Shown: positions 27,625 through 40,439 of the stretch, one piece after another
How positions within the stretch are numbered: position 1 is the stretch's first letter
Layout: each line of letters starts with the position of its first letter
NCBI GenBank assembly: GCA_951406725.2
Contig: OX597842.1
Coordinates: 4,154,001 to 4,218,000, forward strand
Length of the DNA: 64,000 bases
Reading direction: 5' to 3'
Origin: Octopus vulgaris
Taxonomy: Eukaryota
The notes under the pieces: model-generated
What the model saw: the letters and a program-made list of their open reading frames with translations, nothing else
Databases searched by the model: none
Told to the model about the DNA's origin: nothing
Position numbers and translations under genes: made by a program

Positions 27625-28560
27625 GGTGGCAGCGATAGTGGTGGCGCTGGTGGTGGCAACGATGTTCTTGTTGGTGTGTGTGTGGAGGTGGGGGTGTCAG
27701 TGTTGTTTTACTGTTGGCGGTGATGGTTAAGGTAGTGGTGGTGGCGATGGTTAAGGTGGCGGTGTTGTTGGTGGTGGTAATGGTTAAGGTGGTGGTGGTG
27801 TTGGTGGCGGTGACGGTGATGGTAGAGAGGTGCTGGTAGTGGTGGCGCTGTTGTTGGTGGAGATGGTGATTGGTGGTGGTGATGGAGATGGTGTTTGATG
27901 GTGGTGATGGTGGTAGTGATAGTGGCGGTGGAGGTGGTGGTGGTGGTGATGGAGATGGTGATTGGTGGTGGTGGTGATGATGGAGGTGGTGTTTCTGTTG
28001 GCGGCGACGGTGATGACAGAGTTGACGATGGTGGCAGCGGAGTAACTGCAGTTATTGTTGCTGCTGTTGCTGCTGCTGTCGCTCGGCTGCAAGTTCTCCT
28101 TCTCCTTACCTTCTTTCCTTGTTGTTGCTGTTGCACTTTTTTCTGTATGGAGTTATTATTCTTACTACTGTTACAGTTTCTTTGAAGGTGGCTTTTTTTT
28201 TTGGTTGCAGTTTTTGTGATTGTTATTGAGACTCATTGCAATCGTTTTGTTATCATGCAACCACTGTTGTTGTCGTTGCAGTTATCGTTGCAGTTATTAT
28301 TGTTGTTGTTACTGCTGCTTGTGCAATTTTGTGGCTGTTATTACACATGTTGCAGTCGCTGCATATCTTTTCTTCTTGTACATCTCTTATAGTTGTTGCA
28401 ATCGTTGTTGTTTTTGTTGCAACATTTGTTGTTATCGCAACCGTTGCAATCTTCGTTCTGTTGCAGAATTTATTGTTGCTAATGTTGCAATCGCTTTCTT
28501 TGCAGCTGTGCTCGTTGTTGTAGTTGTTGTTACTGCATTCCAGGCTTTCCTAACAGTTGT
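27625..28560. repeat. Degenerate (GGT)n followed by (GTT/GCA)n low-complexity tract
   Basis: Directly visible. Confidence 0.85.
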
Positions 28561-28654
28561 TCATGTCTATGATGATGATGATGATGATGATGATGATCAT
28601 GCGTTTACTGTTGCATAACCTCAAATGGATCTCTTTTATGGATCTTAATATTTG

Positions 28655-29560
28655 GCTGTTGTTGTTTAGCCCCAGGTCAGTCCTGATCCAGGAAGACCTT
28701 TGATCAAAGATGTTCCAGCTGTGACCATCCCATTTTTTATTCTGTCATAGTGTATCTAGGACTACATTATCTAATGTATAGTAGTTAATATTTGGGGCTA
28801 GTTTTATTTAGCCCCAGGTCAGTCCTAATCCAGTCGACCTATGATCAAAGATGTTCCAGTCGTGACCATCCCATCTTGGATCCAGACATAGTGTATCTAG
28901 GACTACATTATCTAATGTGTAGTATAGTAGTCAGTTTTAGTAGCTATAGTTGTTTAGCCCCAGGCCAATCTGGATCCAGTAAAACCTATGATCAAAGACG
29001 TTCCATTTGTGACCATCCCATCTTGGATCCAGACATGGTGTATCTAGGACTACATTATCTAATGTATAGTAGTTAATATTTGAGGCTAGTTTTATTTAGC
29101 CCTAGGTCAGTCCTGATCCAGTCGACCTATGATCAAAGATGTTCCAGCTGTGACCATCCCATCTTGGATCCAGACATCCCATTTTTTGCTAATGTATAAC
29201 AATTAATATTAGCGGTTATTGTTGTTTAGCCCCAGGTCTGTCTGGATCCAGTCGACCTATGATCAAAGATGTTCCAGCTGTGACCATTCCATCGATTATT
29301 CAGTCATGGTGTAACTAGGCCTACATTATCTAATGTACAGTACAGTAGTTAGTATTAGTAGCTATAGTTGTTATTTAACCCCAGGTCTGTCCGGATCCAG
29401 TAGATGCATGATTAAAGATGTGATTCCAGCCGTGATCATCCCACCTTTTATTTAGACACAGTGTATCTTGGACTATTATTAAATATGCTTTTTCCCCCTC
29501 CTGAAACGAAACAAGGATCACGATGTTTGAGGGAGACTTGGCTGCTATTTCTAGCAGGAA
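28655..29560 (+). repeat. Minisatellite array of six ~142-bp units followed by one GAGGGAGACTTGGCTGCTATTTCTAGC module
   Basis: Units TTTAGCCCCAGGTC ... GACCTATGATCAAAGATGTTCCAGCTGTGACCATCCC ... TCTAGGACTACATTATCTAATG start at about 28665, 28807, 28953, 29095, 29225 and 29374. Confidence 0.9.
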
Positions 29561-29776
29561 CCCTGTTGATATTATCACTACGCTACAACTGCTGCAGTCG
29601 TAGTTATATGATGTTGCACGTGTAGTTGTTGTTGTTGTTGTTGTTGGTACAGCTGCGCCCATGGTAATCTAATCAACATCAATATTTATCACAACTCTGC
29701 CTTTCTCTCTCTAAGTAGATAGATAGATATTTAAGCGTATAGCCACGTGTCAGTGAGCATACATATATACATACAT

Positions 29777-29833
<57 letters not shown>

Positions 29834-29869
29834 CTGTCGCTAATACTGTCTGTCTTATGGATAGACCGA

Positions 29870-30528
29870 CCAACAGATAGATAGATAGATAGGCAGATGG
29901 ATGGATGGATAGATAGATAGATAGATAGATAGGCAGATGGATGGATGGATAGATAGATAGATAGATAGATATAGATAAAGATAGACAGACAGACAGATAG
30001 ATAGATAGATATAGATAAAGATAGACAGACAGATAGATAGATAGATAGATAGATAGGCAGATGGATGGATGGATGGATAGGTAGGTAGGTAGGTAGGTAT
30101 GTAGATGGATGGATGGATAAACAGAGAGATAGACAGGTAGATACATAGATAGAGCGAGACAAACAGATAGATAGATAGATAGATAGATAGATAGGTAGAT
30201 TTACCTGTCTGTCTACCTGTCCTTGATGCAGTGCCTCTCTGTCAATCCATCCCCCTCACTCGCTCGCTCTCTCTCCGCCTCTGCCCCAGTTTCACTACCT
30301 CCTGTACTACTACCTCATACCACACCACACACAGCAATATGGAACTAGCACCACCACAGCCACCACCCTTACATTTTCTCAGTAACACTACTGCTTCCTC
30401 CACTACAACCGGTACTACTACTATTACAAGTACTATCAATACAACAACCCCAACACTACTACTGCGACAGCAATGTCAGTCTTTTTAACCTAGATTCTCT
30501 TATCTCTGCCATTTACTGCAATAGATAA

Positions 30529-30566
<38 letters not shown>

Positions 30567-31002
30567 CATATAATTATGAACGCATATGTATGTATAGGTG
30601 TCTGTGGAAGAACATCTGCAAGTATATATGTGTGTATATTGATAGATAGAATTACAAGTATATATATATGTGTGTTTATGTATGAAGGTGTGAGTGTGTC
30701 TGTGCACATATAAGAGTGTATATGTGTGTATGCGTGTATGTTGCATATGTGTACGTATACATACATACATCCATAAATACACATACATATATGTAGGAAT
30801 GTTTGTATATATACTGAAATGTGTGTGGTGGGGTTTAAAAAATGGTAATACATGCACAAACAAACGAAAAACAGATACTAAAAGTCGCCAAATCATCTTC
30901 AGTTATCGGACGGAGGATCAAATGCAATACATACATTCATACATGCATACATGCATATATGCATACATACATACATATATACATACATATATACATATAT
31001 AC

Positions 31003-31035
<33 letters not shown>

Positions 31036-31330
31036 CATATATGCATACATACATACATACATACATATATACATATATACATACATACATATATACACAC
31101 ATACATACATACATACATGCACATACATACACACATACATACACATACATACACACATACATACACACATACATACATACATACATACATACACACACAC
31201 ACATACATACATACATACACACACACATCCATACATACATACACACACACACATACACATACATATATACACATACACACACACACACACATACATACAC
31301 ACATACATACACACACATACATACATACAC

Positions 31331-31377
<47 letters not shown>

Positions 31378-31500
31378 TACATAAACATACATACATACAT
31401 ACATACATACATACATACACACATACATACACATATACACACATACATACATACATACACACATACATACATACATACATACATACATACATGTGTGTGT
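29870..31500. repeat. (GATA)n/(GGAT)n and (CATA)n tetranucleotide fields with short unique islands
   Basis: Directly visible. Confidence 0.9.
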
Positions 31501-32354
31501 GTATGTGCATGCACAGGGTTTGTATGTGTGTAGTTTGTGTCAACAGTTGCTCCATATACACGTGCGATATATAAGTTGATGTTGTTGTTCCTGCTGCTGT
31601 GTGTATGCATATAAAATGTGTGTGGGCCGTATACACACATGTCTATATATGCATACACATACACACACACACTCTGGGGTGCGTAGCCGCTACACACCTG
31701 CACGTATGTATAACGCATGTGTGCATTCGTTATCATAAGCAAGCAACACACACACGTATGTGTGTGTATAATGCATAAGGATATATAGGTCAATATATAA
31801 ACACACACACACACACAAATATACACCCAGCCGTAAATACATGCACATACACACGCACAGAACGATAAATCAACATTTGCCATGACACTCAGGTTACACA
31901 TGCTGTCACGTGGCATGTGACGTCATTTAAGGTGCACCTTTATACACACGCATACACACACCTACACGTTCTCCGGTGCACGCGTACGCATGAAGTTTCC
32001 TTTGTGTATATAAATGTGAGTGGGGTGTATGTGTATGTATATATGCGTGCGCATCTATGTATTTTCTGAGTGTGTGCGTGTGTGTTTGCGTATACATGTG
32101 TGAGTGAAGTGTGTATGCGTGTGCCGGCCCCTGTTTGCCATTTAACAAGGATCCTGGACATAAGACCAGGGTCTATAAAAAGGGGCCAGTTTCAGAGAGG
32201 ACATCAGACTGGACCTTTAACAGGTAATGATGATACCTTAAGTACCTTGATTGCCCTCTCCCTAAAAATAAAAACAGCACAGCTCCTTTTAACTTTTTAA
32301 TTCCAGCCTCTTTCTCCCAAGGGTCCGAAACACTTTTCTTCCCTTTCTTCCAGT

Positions 32355-32520
32355 CCACTCACTCAGCTGCCAAAAATGAGTAGTACCTGTATTTCAAAGG
32401 GCCACCCTTAATACTTTGTGTCATGCTGAATCTCCCTAAGAACTAAGCTAAGAACTTTCATGAACAGGGTGCTCCAGTAACTGGATTAAATAGAACCCTC
32501 GTCGTCGTAACCGACAGAGT
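32355..32520 (+). mobile_element. Decayed SINE body; a related inverted copy lies at about 21520-21670
   Basis: TCACTCAGCTG ... GCTGAATCTCCC ... ACCCTCGTCGTCGTAACCGACAGAG is similar to the reverse complement of CTCTGTCGTTCAACGATGAG ... GAATCAGC. Confidence 0.5.
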
Positions 32521-32931
32521 AATTTGTCAGTTTATTTTGCCGCATTAGTTCGCACTACTTGTGCTCTGAGTTCAAACCACGCCGGCGCCAACTTGTCTTT
32601 GTCCCTCTGGGGTCAACATGATACAATACTATAGTGCCAGTAACGAACTAGGGTAGATTTTAATCGACGAACTCCTCCCTCCTTCTGCCTGTATAAGACG
32701 GCATTCTTTGGTGTCTGTTAGATGTTATCTCCAGCCAAGCAACACCGGGTTTGGGGGATCTGGAATTTGTCAGTCTTAATCGCCGAATCTGAGAAAAGAG
32801 CACCGCGTTCATGACCCAAGTTAGCGTGTCAGACACTGGGGTCATGAAGGTGTGTCCTCCGATTAGAAACCTAGACAGGATGAATCATACAAACACAGTG
32901 ACGCACGCACAAACATATCTCTATATATAAA

Positions 32932-32964
<33 letters not shown>

Positions 32965-32980
32965 AGCACAGATACACACA

Positions 32981-33023
<43 letters not shown>

Positions 33024-33182
33024 AATATATTGTATTTGGAGCTCTGATAACGAACAGTCAATGACTAATGACAAGGTTACAAGATGCAACGAAAATTTTA
33101 GAAAACATCAATGAGTGGAAATCGAACCGGTGAATGTGTTAAGTAATAAGGCACTAAAAGAGAATGACTCTCCCCAGACACA

Positions 33183-33230
<48 letters not shown>

Positions 33231-33362
33231 GAATATATATTCGTCTGCCGTTATATCTGAGTTCAAATTCCGCCGAGGTATATCCTTTCGGGGTCGATAA
33301 ATTATATACTTGGGTATGTAATATAATCTGTTTGTCTGTCCTTGTTTATAGCCCCTTGTGGG

Positions 33363-33394
<32 letters not shown>

Positions 33395-33608
33395 TATATA
33401 TATGTACATATATATATATGTACATATATATATATATATATATATATACACGACGGGCTTCCTTCAGTTTCCGTCTACCAGATCCAATCAAGTCTTTGGT
33501 CGGCCCGAGGCTATAATAGAAGACACTTGCCCAAGATGCCACGCAGTGGGACTGAACCTGGAACCATGTGGTTGGTAAGCAAGTATGTGTGTGTGTATAT
33601 ATATATAT

Positions 33609-34155
33609 GAAGTAAAATTAGGTCAAGTATAATAAATATTTGTTAATATACTAATGTCTATGCTTTGTGTATTTTCCTGTGTGGCTGCAACGGTGTAGCG
33701 GGGTATATAACCCTCAAGTCGCCGATGTTTAAACTAACGACTTCTATGCTCATGGCTACGCCGTTGCAACCACCAGAGAATACGCAAATCATATACATTA
33801 GTATTCGTATTTAACAATATTTATTACACTAGAGCTACTCTTTACTTCGGATGTAAATTTTCCGGGCATCCCAGCTCCTGATTTTACAAGCGATGAGCAT
33901 ATAGATCGTTGGACTGGCTAGCTGACTCGCCTCCAACCCAGCCAGGGAGGTGACGTTCATAAACCACTGAAATTACGAAACAGCGATGTCCATCACTCTC
34001 AAATGGGATTGAGGGTGAGTTATCTCGCCTGTACACAGCTCTAACGTGTTTTAACACCTGCGACATAAGAGTTATATACTCCGCTACGCCATCGCAGTCA
34101 CCGGAAAATACACAAAGCATATTTACATTAGTATATGTATTTAACAAATATATAT
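33609..34155. repeat. Fold-back element with one left arm and two right arms, bounded by (TA)n
   Basis: The arm at 33630-33722 is the reverse complement of both 33738-33830 and 34060-34150. Confidence 0.8.
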
Positions 34156-34160
34156 AAACT

Positions 34161-34680
34161 TTGTGGTGTGAAAGAAGGGAAGTTGTAAATCTAGTCGAGT
34201 TAACGGTTCCTCATGAAGATAATATGGACGCCGCTCGGGTTCGAAAGATTGACCGTTATGTAAATCTCCTCGAAGAAAGTGGAGACGCAGGCTGAAAAGC
34301 GGAGCATTTTCCAATCGAAATTGGATGTAGAGGGTTTGTTGGACACAGTATAAGACGACTGTTGTTATCGTTAGGCCTAACTCATCGTAAAGTCAATACC
34401 ACCATGACTAATATCCAATCTACAGTGGAGAAGGCTAGCCACTGGATTTGGTTAAAAAGAGACGATGAGCGATGGCTAGAAGGATATTGAGTTCTTCATA
34501 ACCAGCTGATCTAGCAAGCGGGGCCTCATATCAGTGAGGAGGGCCGGTGCGCATTGATGCCATCGTGAGGTAGGCCCCGAAACAGCGCGCATTCTCTTCT
34601 GATGACCCCATACACTTGCTGGCTTCCGGTATGCGGAGCTTTTGACTGGTAGCACTTGCATGTGCAAGTTGTTTGCAAGA
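34161..34680 (+). mobile_element. HERO-like (R2 group, RLE) non-LTR retrotransposon 3' end
   Basis: Frame 34161-34490 reads LVELTVPHEDNMDAARVRKIDRY ... G*KAEHFPIEIGCRGFVG ... VEKASHWIWLKRDDERW with one in-frame TGA. ELTVP, EVGCRGF and ASxWIWLKR are HERO-type motifs. A 3' UTR follows. Not in the ORF track. Confidence 0.88.
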
Positions 34681-35097
34681 CGTGTGTGTGTGTGTGTATT
34701 TTCTTCAGGCAGAGTAGCCCATCGTGCTCAAAAGGTTCCTGAATAAGGATTGTTTCAGGATGTTGAACAAACACCCATGTTTCTAGGGTGACTTTTTCAA
34801 ACCCCAAAGAATTCCTCTCAACACATGGCTATGATGCTCCCCCACTATTTCTGCTGGTGATTAGAGATGCACATATCGTCAGCCAGCAATTGGTTAAGGT
34901 CAAACAACTGACAAGCAAATCGGAGGTATGGAGCAGGGTATTTGCTGTATAGCTCATCTTTTATACTAAGACTTCCAATTGGTTAAGATCAGAAGCCACG
35001 GGAGCCACTTGCTAGTACTACATCCAGGGGTCAAAGTGATCAGCTTACTCTGTCCCTCAAAATTGCTGACCTTGTGTCAAACATTGAAATCATTATT

Positions 35098-35320
35098 AAG
35101 GCATCGAGCTGACAGAATCATTAGCACGCCGGACAAAATGCTTGGCGGTTTTTGTCCGTCTTCACGTTCTGTGTTCAAATTCCGTTGAGGTCGACTTTAC
35201 CTTTCATCCTTTCGGGGTTGATGAAATAAATACCAGTTGAGTACTGGGGTCGATGTTATCGACTATGCTCCCCACCCCACAAAATTTCAGGCCTTGTGCC
35301 TACAGTAGAAAGGATTATTA
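35098..35320 (+). mobile_element. Family B SINE
   Basis: Matches the family consensus and ends in an (ATT)n tail. Confidence 0.8.
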
Positions 35321-36226
35321 TTATTGTTATTATTCTCCATGTTTTGGGCCTTTGTAGCCAATACAAATCAGCAGTAGTAGCTGTAGCAGCAGCAGTTCAA
35401 TCGTTCAATAGGAGAATTATCGCTTACGTGATCTAAATAAAATATCTTTCTCACCATGCAATTGAAAACTCTTTTTTCGTCAAGCGCCTCAAGTGTGAAT
35501 ATTTTAGAGTTTGCCGTATATATGTCACCGTGTGTGTGAGTGTACGTGAGTGTGTGTGTATGTATATATACCAGCTATGTTACTGTGTGTGTATGTATGT
35601 ATATGCATCTTTGCTATATGGCATCGAAGTGTGTCGAAATATGTGTGAATGTTTATACTCACATGTGAGTTTGTTTATATACAGAAAATCTACATTTTCT
35701 TCTCATAAACGCGTGTAATGTCTTTTACATAAATATACACCTGTATATATTTATATATATATAAAGGTGTGTCTGCGTGCGTACAATGTGTGCATCTGTG
35801 TGTTTACATATATGTGTGTATATAATGTATATATGCATTTTCATCTGTACATCTCTCTCTCTCTCTCTCTGCAGTCATATATCTTCTTTGCATGTGTATG
35901 GTCGTCGGTGGTTCTGTCTGCGCGCGTGCGTATGTATGCGTATAAGGATGTGTATATCTACTAGTGACTTTGAGTATTTATATATATATATATATATATA
36001 TACACGCATGAAGATATGCTTTCTTGTGTGAGTTTGTATATGTTATATATATGTATACATATACACACAATGTATGTATATATATGTTTGTACAATGTAA
36101 GTATATATATATATATGTGCGTATGTTGTGTGTGTGTATGTATATGCATATGCGTGTGCATGACCCCACTTTCTCGCAACCTTTGTTTCCCTGTGCGTGT
36201 GTATGTGTGTGTATATCTACATGCGA

Positions 36227-36257
<31 letters not shown>

Positions 36258-36799
36258 CACACATACACACACACACACACACACACATTGCGTCCTATAA
36301 TTGCCTTACACCATATCTACACGCACCGACCGCTTGTAGACATTTCAGCTCCTCGCCTCCCTTCACACACAAACACCACACCCTCCAATCAAGCCACCAC
36401 CCCCTTCACGTCTCAGTTCGAACGCACGCGCGTCTGCCATCACCCCACCCCTCCAGACACACACACACTCCTCCAACATCCTCAACGTTCCCTCCCCACC
36501 CCTACATCGATAAGTCCCCTTTTTTCTTTATATAAGACCTCTCCCCCATCCTTCCCCCCACACCTCTTACACTTTTTCTTACATTTTCTTTTTTAAAAAA
36601 CCGTTTACATCGACCCCCACCCCACCCACCCCACCACTTCCCACATCTCACACAGATCGTGACGTCGACAATGAAATGTCTTGCATGTGGTAATAGTGGT
36701 GGTGGTAATTGATTAGTGGTAGTGATAGCTATGGTGTTGGTGCTAGTAGATTAGTGGTTATGGTGTTAGAGGTAGCTGTACTGGTGGTTAGGGTTTTGG

Positions 36800-37095
36800 T
36801 GCTCAGCGATATATCGTCTGCCGCTACGTTCTGAGTTCAAATTCTGCCCGAGATCGACTTTCATCCTTTCGGGGTCGATTATTTAAGTACCAGTTACGCA
36901 CTGGAGTCGATATAATCGACTTAATCCGTTTGTCTGTCCTTGTTTGTCCTCTCTGTGTTTAGCCCCTTGTGGGTAGTAAAGAAATAGGTATTTCGCCCGT
37001 CGCTACATTCTGAGTTCAAATTTCGCCGAAGTCGATGTAATAGACTCACCCCTCCCCAAAATTATTGCCCTTGAGGCAAAATTTGAAACTATTAT
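36800..37095 (+). mobile_element. Nested or tandem family B SINEs
   Basis: Two GAGTTCAAATT B-boxes (~36833 and ~37012). Confidence 0.75.
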
Positions 37096-37124
37096 TATTA
37101 TTATCGTTATTATTAAACAAAAGC

Positions 37125-37522
37125 CTTATTTGCAGCAAATTGGCAGAAGCCAAGCGCACACATGGTGGGCAGAAAAAGTGTTTCAAAGATACACTCAAAG
37201 CCTCACTGAAGAGCTTTTACAGATTAACCTCAACAGCTGGGAAATGCAAAGAACAGGATGGCTCTGCCTGGTTATAGCTGCACCAACAGAAGTGCCACCT
37301 CCTACAAACAGAATAGGATCAGAGGAGCACCAAGAACACGTGAACTGTGCATGTCCAGAGCCAACTCTTTGACTTCATTTCCAGCAGACCACTAGTGCCT
37401 GACTTGCAGCATAGCCTTCCGAGCATGCATCAGCCCGACCAGCCACAGTCAGATGCATCGTGACCCACCTTCTTCGCCCATTTCATATTCTGGTCATTGT
37501 CGACAACGGAGGACGAACATTA
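37125..37522 (+). mobile_element. RTE-clade (BovB/RTE-1-like) LINE 3' end
   Basis: KRTHGGQKKCFKDTLKASLKSF ... NSWE ... QDGSAW, a C2H2-like CLTCSIAFRACISPTSHSQMH, and the terminus GGTCATTGTCGACAACGGAGGACGAAC. Confidence 0.85.
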
Positions 37523-37851
37523 TTATGACTAGTTTTATCACCATTCTCAACATGTAGCAAAAATGGTCAGAGTGAATGGCCCTACTCTTAAGTATGTGCC
37601 TGTAGATAGGAGAGCAAGAGAGAGGGCTCGTACCTTTGGTGGTCAGGTTAATCCTGGGTCTGTGGCGTTTCTTGATTAGCCCTTGTTGGAGTTTGTCCTA
37701 TATCAGGGAGGACTACACCATTCATTAACCTACTTTCTGTACAATGTAGCCTTTTATCGCATTTCATCATCTTTTCCATTTCTTTCTCCTCACACAAATT
37801 GTTGTCTGTCTTCGAGATGTCCTCTTCATTAATGCCCCAGTAGCTAATGAA

Positions 37852-37895
<44 letters not shown>

Positions 37896-37897
37896 GA

Positions 37898-38325
37898 AGA
37901 TGGTGAGCTGAAGAACCGTTACCACGCCGGGCGAAATGCTTAGCCATACTTCGTCTGCCATTATGTTCTGAGATCAAATTCCGGCGAGGTCGACTTTGCC
38001 TTTCATCCTTTCGGGATCGATAAATTAAGTACCAGCGAAATACTGGGGTGAATGTAATCGACTAGTCCCCTCCCACCAAATTCCAGCCCTTGTACCTATA
38101 GTAGAAAGGATTATTATTATCATTAAGGTAGGGAACTGGTAGAATCGTTGGCATGCCGGACAAAATGTCTAGCGGCATTTCGTCCGTCTTTACATTTTGA
38201 GTTCAAATTCCGCCGAGGTCGGCTTTATCTTTCATCTTTTCGGGGTCGATAAATTAAGTACCAGCTGAACATGGGTGGGGGGAGACCCCTAACTTGCTGG
38301 CCTTGTGCTAAAATTTTAAACTATT
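37898..38325 (+). mobile_element. Two tandem family B SINEs in (ATT)n
   Basis: Family consensus occurs twice. Confidence 0.8.
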
Positions 38326-38563
38326 ATTAGTGTTATTGATAGTGATCGATAAATTTTTCATCGTAGCGTATTATTATAGCTGCGACCACTACTACTACTA
38401 CTACAGTCAATACTACAATTGCACCAGCATTACCATGGCCATCACGAATAGCAACACCACCACCACCATCCCTGCTACCACCTCCCACCATCAGCACCAT
38501 CACTGTCACCATCAACACAAACCACCATCACCACCGCCCCAACACCAGCATCACTAAGTATTA

Positions 38564-38607
<44 letters not shown>

Positions 38608-39149
38608 TTCACTCACGCATAAAACCCATACATACACAAACATTTAATTAAATTATTTTAACCGTTATTATTATTATTATTATTATTATTATTTATTTCT
38701 ATTTTATCATTTATATTATCACTAATTAAAAATATTATTAAAGAAACGATTATTATCATAATCATTATTATTATTATCATAATCATCACTATTATTATAA
38801 TCATTATTATTATTATTATTCATCTTAATATTATTGTTGTTGTTGTTAATTATTGCATTAATCATTATTAGTGTTTGTTGACTGTGAAAGCAATATCGCT
38901 GTTCGGCACGTGTGTAAATAAACAGCGTTTACATTTTCATAGACAATTGTGTGTGTGTGTGTGTGTGAATATGCTTGTGTATGTCAGTCTTTACTAATTT
39001 ACATTCAGCGAAACTCACACAGTTTCACATATCTGTGCCTAAAAATGTGTGTGTGTATGTATGACTACACATATACATATGCACACGTATATTATTCTTC
39101 ATGCATGTGTGCCTATAGTTGAATCATTAGAGGCATTCTTATCTAATGA

Positions 39150-39171
<22 letters not shown>

Positions 39172-39181
<10 letters not shown>

Positions 39182-39550
39182 GCAGTATCGCCCGGCGTTG
39201 CTCGGGTTTGTTTCGACCCTTTAGAATTGGAATTTTCGAAAAGTAAAAATTTTGCATTATGTAGCTTGTTATTCTCTTTAAGTGAACATTTTTCTGGTTG
39301 AAATACACTGAAAAATGGCGACACAGCAGTCAAAAAACGTAAAAAATAGAGATTTTCATAGAAAAAAAAGCACCTTTTTGATATAAATAATTTTTGATGT
39401 TAACATGGTCCGATTTCAATTTTTTCTTCTACAAAAAGAAGAGCAAGCCTTCTTCTCAATTTTGGTCATCTTGGAGGAGATAGTGTTAGTTGAAGGCTAC
39501 CAAACCTGCCATACGCACTCACACACACACACACACACAGACAACTTCAG

Positions 39551-39560
<10 letters not shown>
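39172..39560. mobile_element. Non-autonomous Helentron/DINE-like element
   Basis: Starts ACTAG followed by the GC hairpin CCCGG cgttg CTCGGG. It has a subterminal (CA)n, ends CAGCTTTATATA and sits in (TA)n. Confidence 0.6.
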
Positions 39561-39589
<29 letters not shown>

Positions 39590-39592
<3 letters not shown>

Positions 39593-40285
39593 GCGGTCTG
39601 ATCAATAAGTACACGGACTGTTGCTATAGTAACGAAGCTAAAACACGCAAAGTGAAGCCGCTTGGCAAGGTTGACCTTGAACATGCGCACTAAATTTTAA
39701 TGTTCTAGCTCACTTCGCTGTTTTCAGCAGTGCTTGGAAGGAAGGTGTGTAGCATGTGATCGTCTCATTGACCATGGCAAAGAAAGCTGTCAGGGCAATA
39801 TCTGCTCAGAGGCCCACGCAAACTTGCCGAAAGTGTATGGAGAGGAGTGTATGATCTGCGCCCAAGTGTGCAAGTTGTTCAGACGTTTCCAAGATGGACG
39901 AAAAAGTGTCGATATTGACGAATGTTCTGGGAGACCCGCAACCAGCAGAACTGAGTAAAGCATCGCAGATGTGCGTGCATCTGTGATGGGAAATCGTCAA
40001 ATCACCATCTGTGAGCTATCAGAGGATGTGCAGTTCAGTCGATTATCACTGAAGATTTGGGTATGAGACGCATCTCTGCCAAGTTTGTGCCAAAACTGCT
40101 TTCAGTTGACCAAAAGGACACTCGGGTTTCCGTTTCACAAGATCTCCTTAATTGTGTCGAGTAGGTATCACCAAGCTTTTGGTAAAATTTGATGCAGATT
40201 TTCAGCTCAACTTTCTCTATCATGGCCAATACGACGATCACACGTTACACACCTTCCTTTCAAGCATTGCTGTAAAAAGCGGAAG
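39590..40285 (+). mobile_element. Mariner 5' part (TIR and N-terminal HTH) with an inverted internal fragment
   Basis: TA|CGCGGTCTGATCAATAAGT terminus; VYGEECM ... LFRRFQDGRKSVDIDECSGRP and EDLGMRRISAKFVPKLL. The minus strand at 40164-40225 encodes MIEKVELKICIKFYQKLGDT. Confidence 0.85.
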
Positions 40286-40439
40286 TGAGCTTTGCATGTC
40301 TATTCATTGTGTGCGTGTGTGTGTATGTGTGTCTTTGTGTTCGTCCTTGTCTCCCACGACCACTTGGCAGCCGGTGTAGGTTCGTCTACGTCCTCGTATC
40401 GTGACTGTTCGTCAAAAGAAACCGAGAGAATACGTGTGT

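Noticed and set aside
28655-29480. Regularly spaced repeats as a CRISPR array or retrozyme tandem
   Set aside because: Eukaryotic context, whole units are homologous with no unique spacers, no cas genes, and no hammerhead core in the unit.
34575-34612. Type II hammerhead in the HERO 3' UTR
   Set aside because: Only about 15 nt separate GAAAC and CTGATGA, and the would-be stem II strands (CCCC/CCCC) are not complementary.
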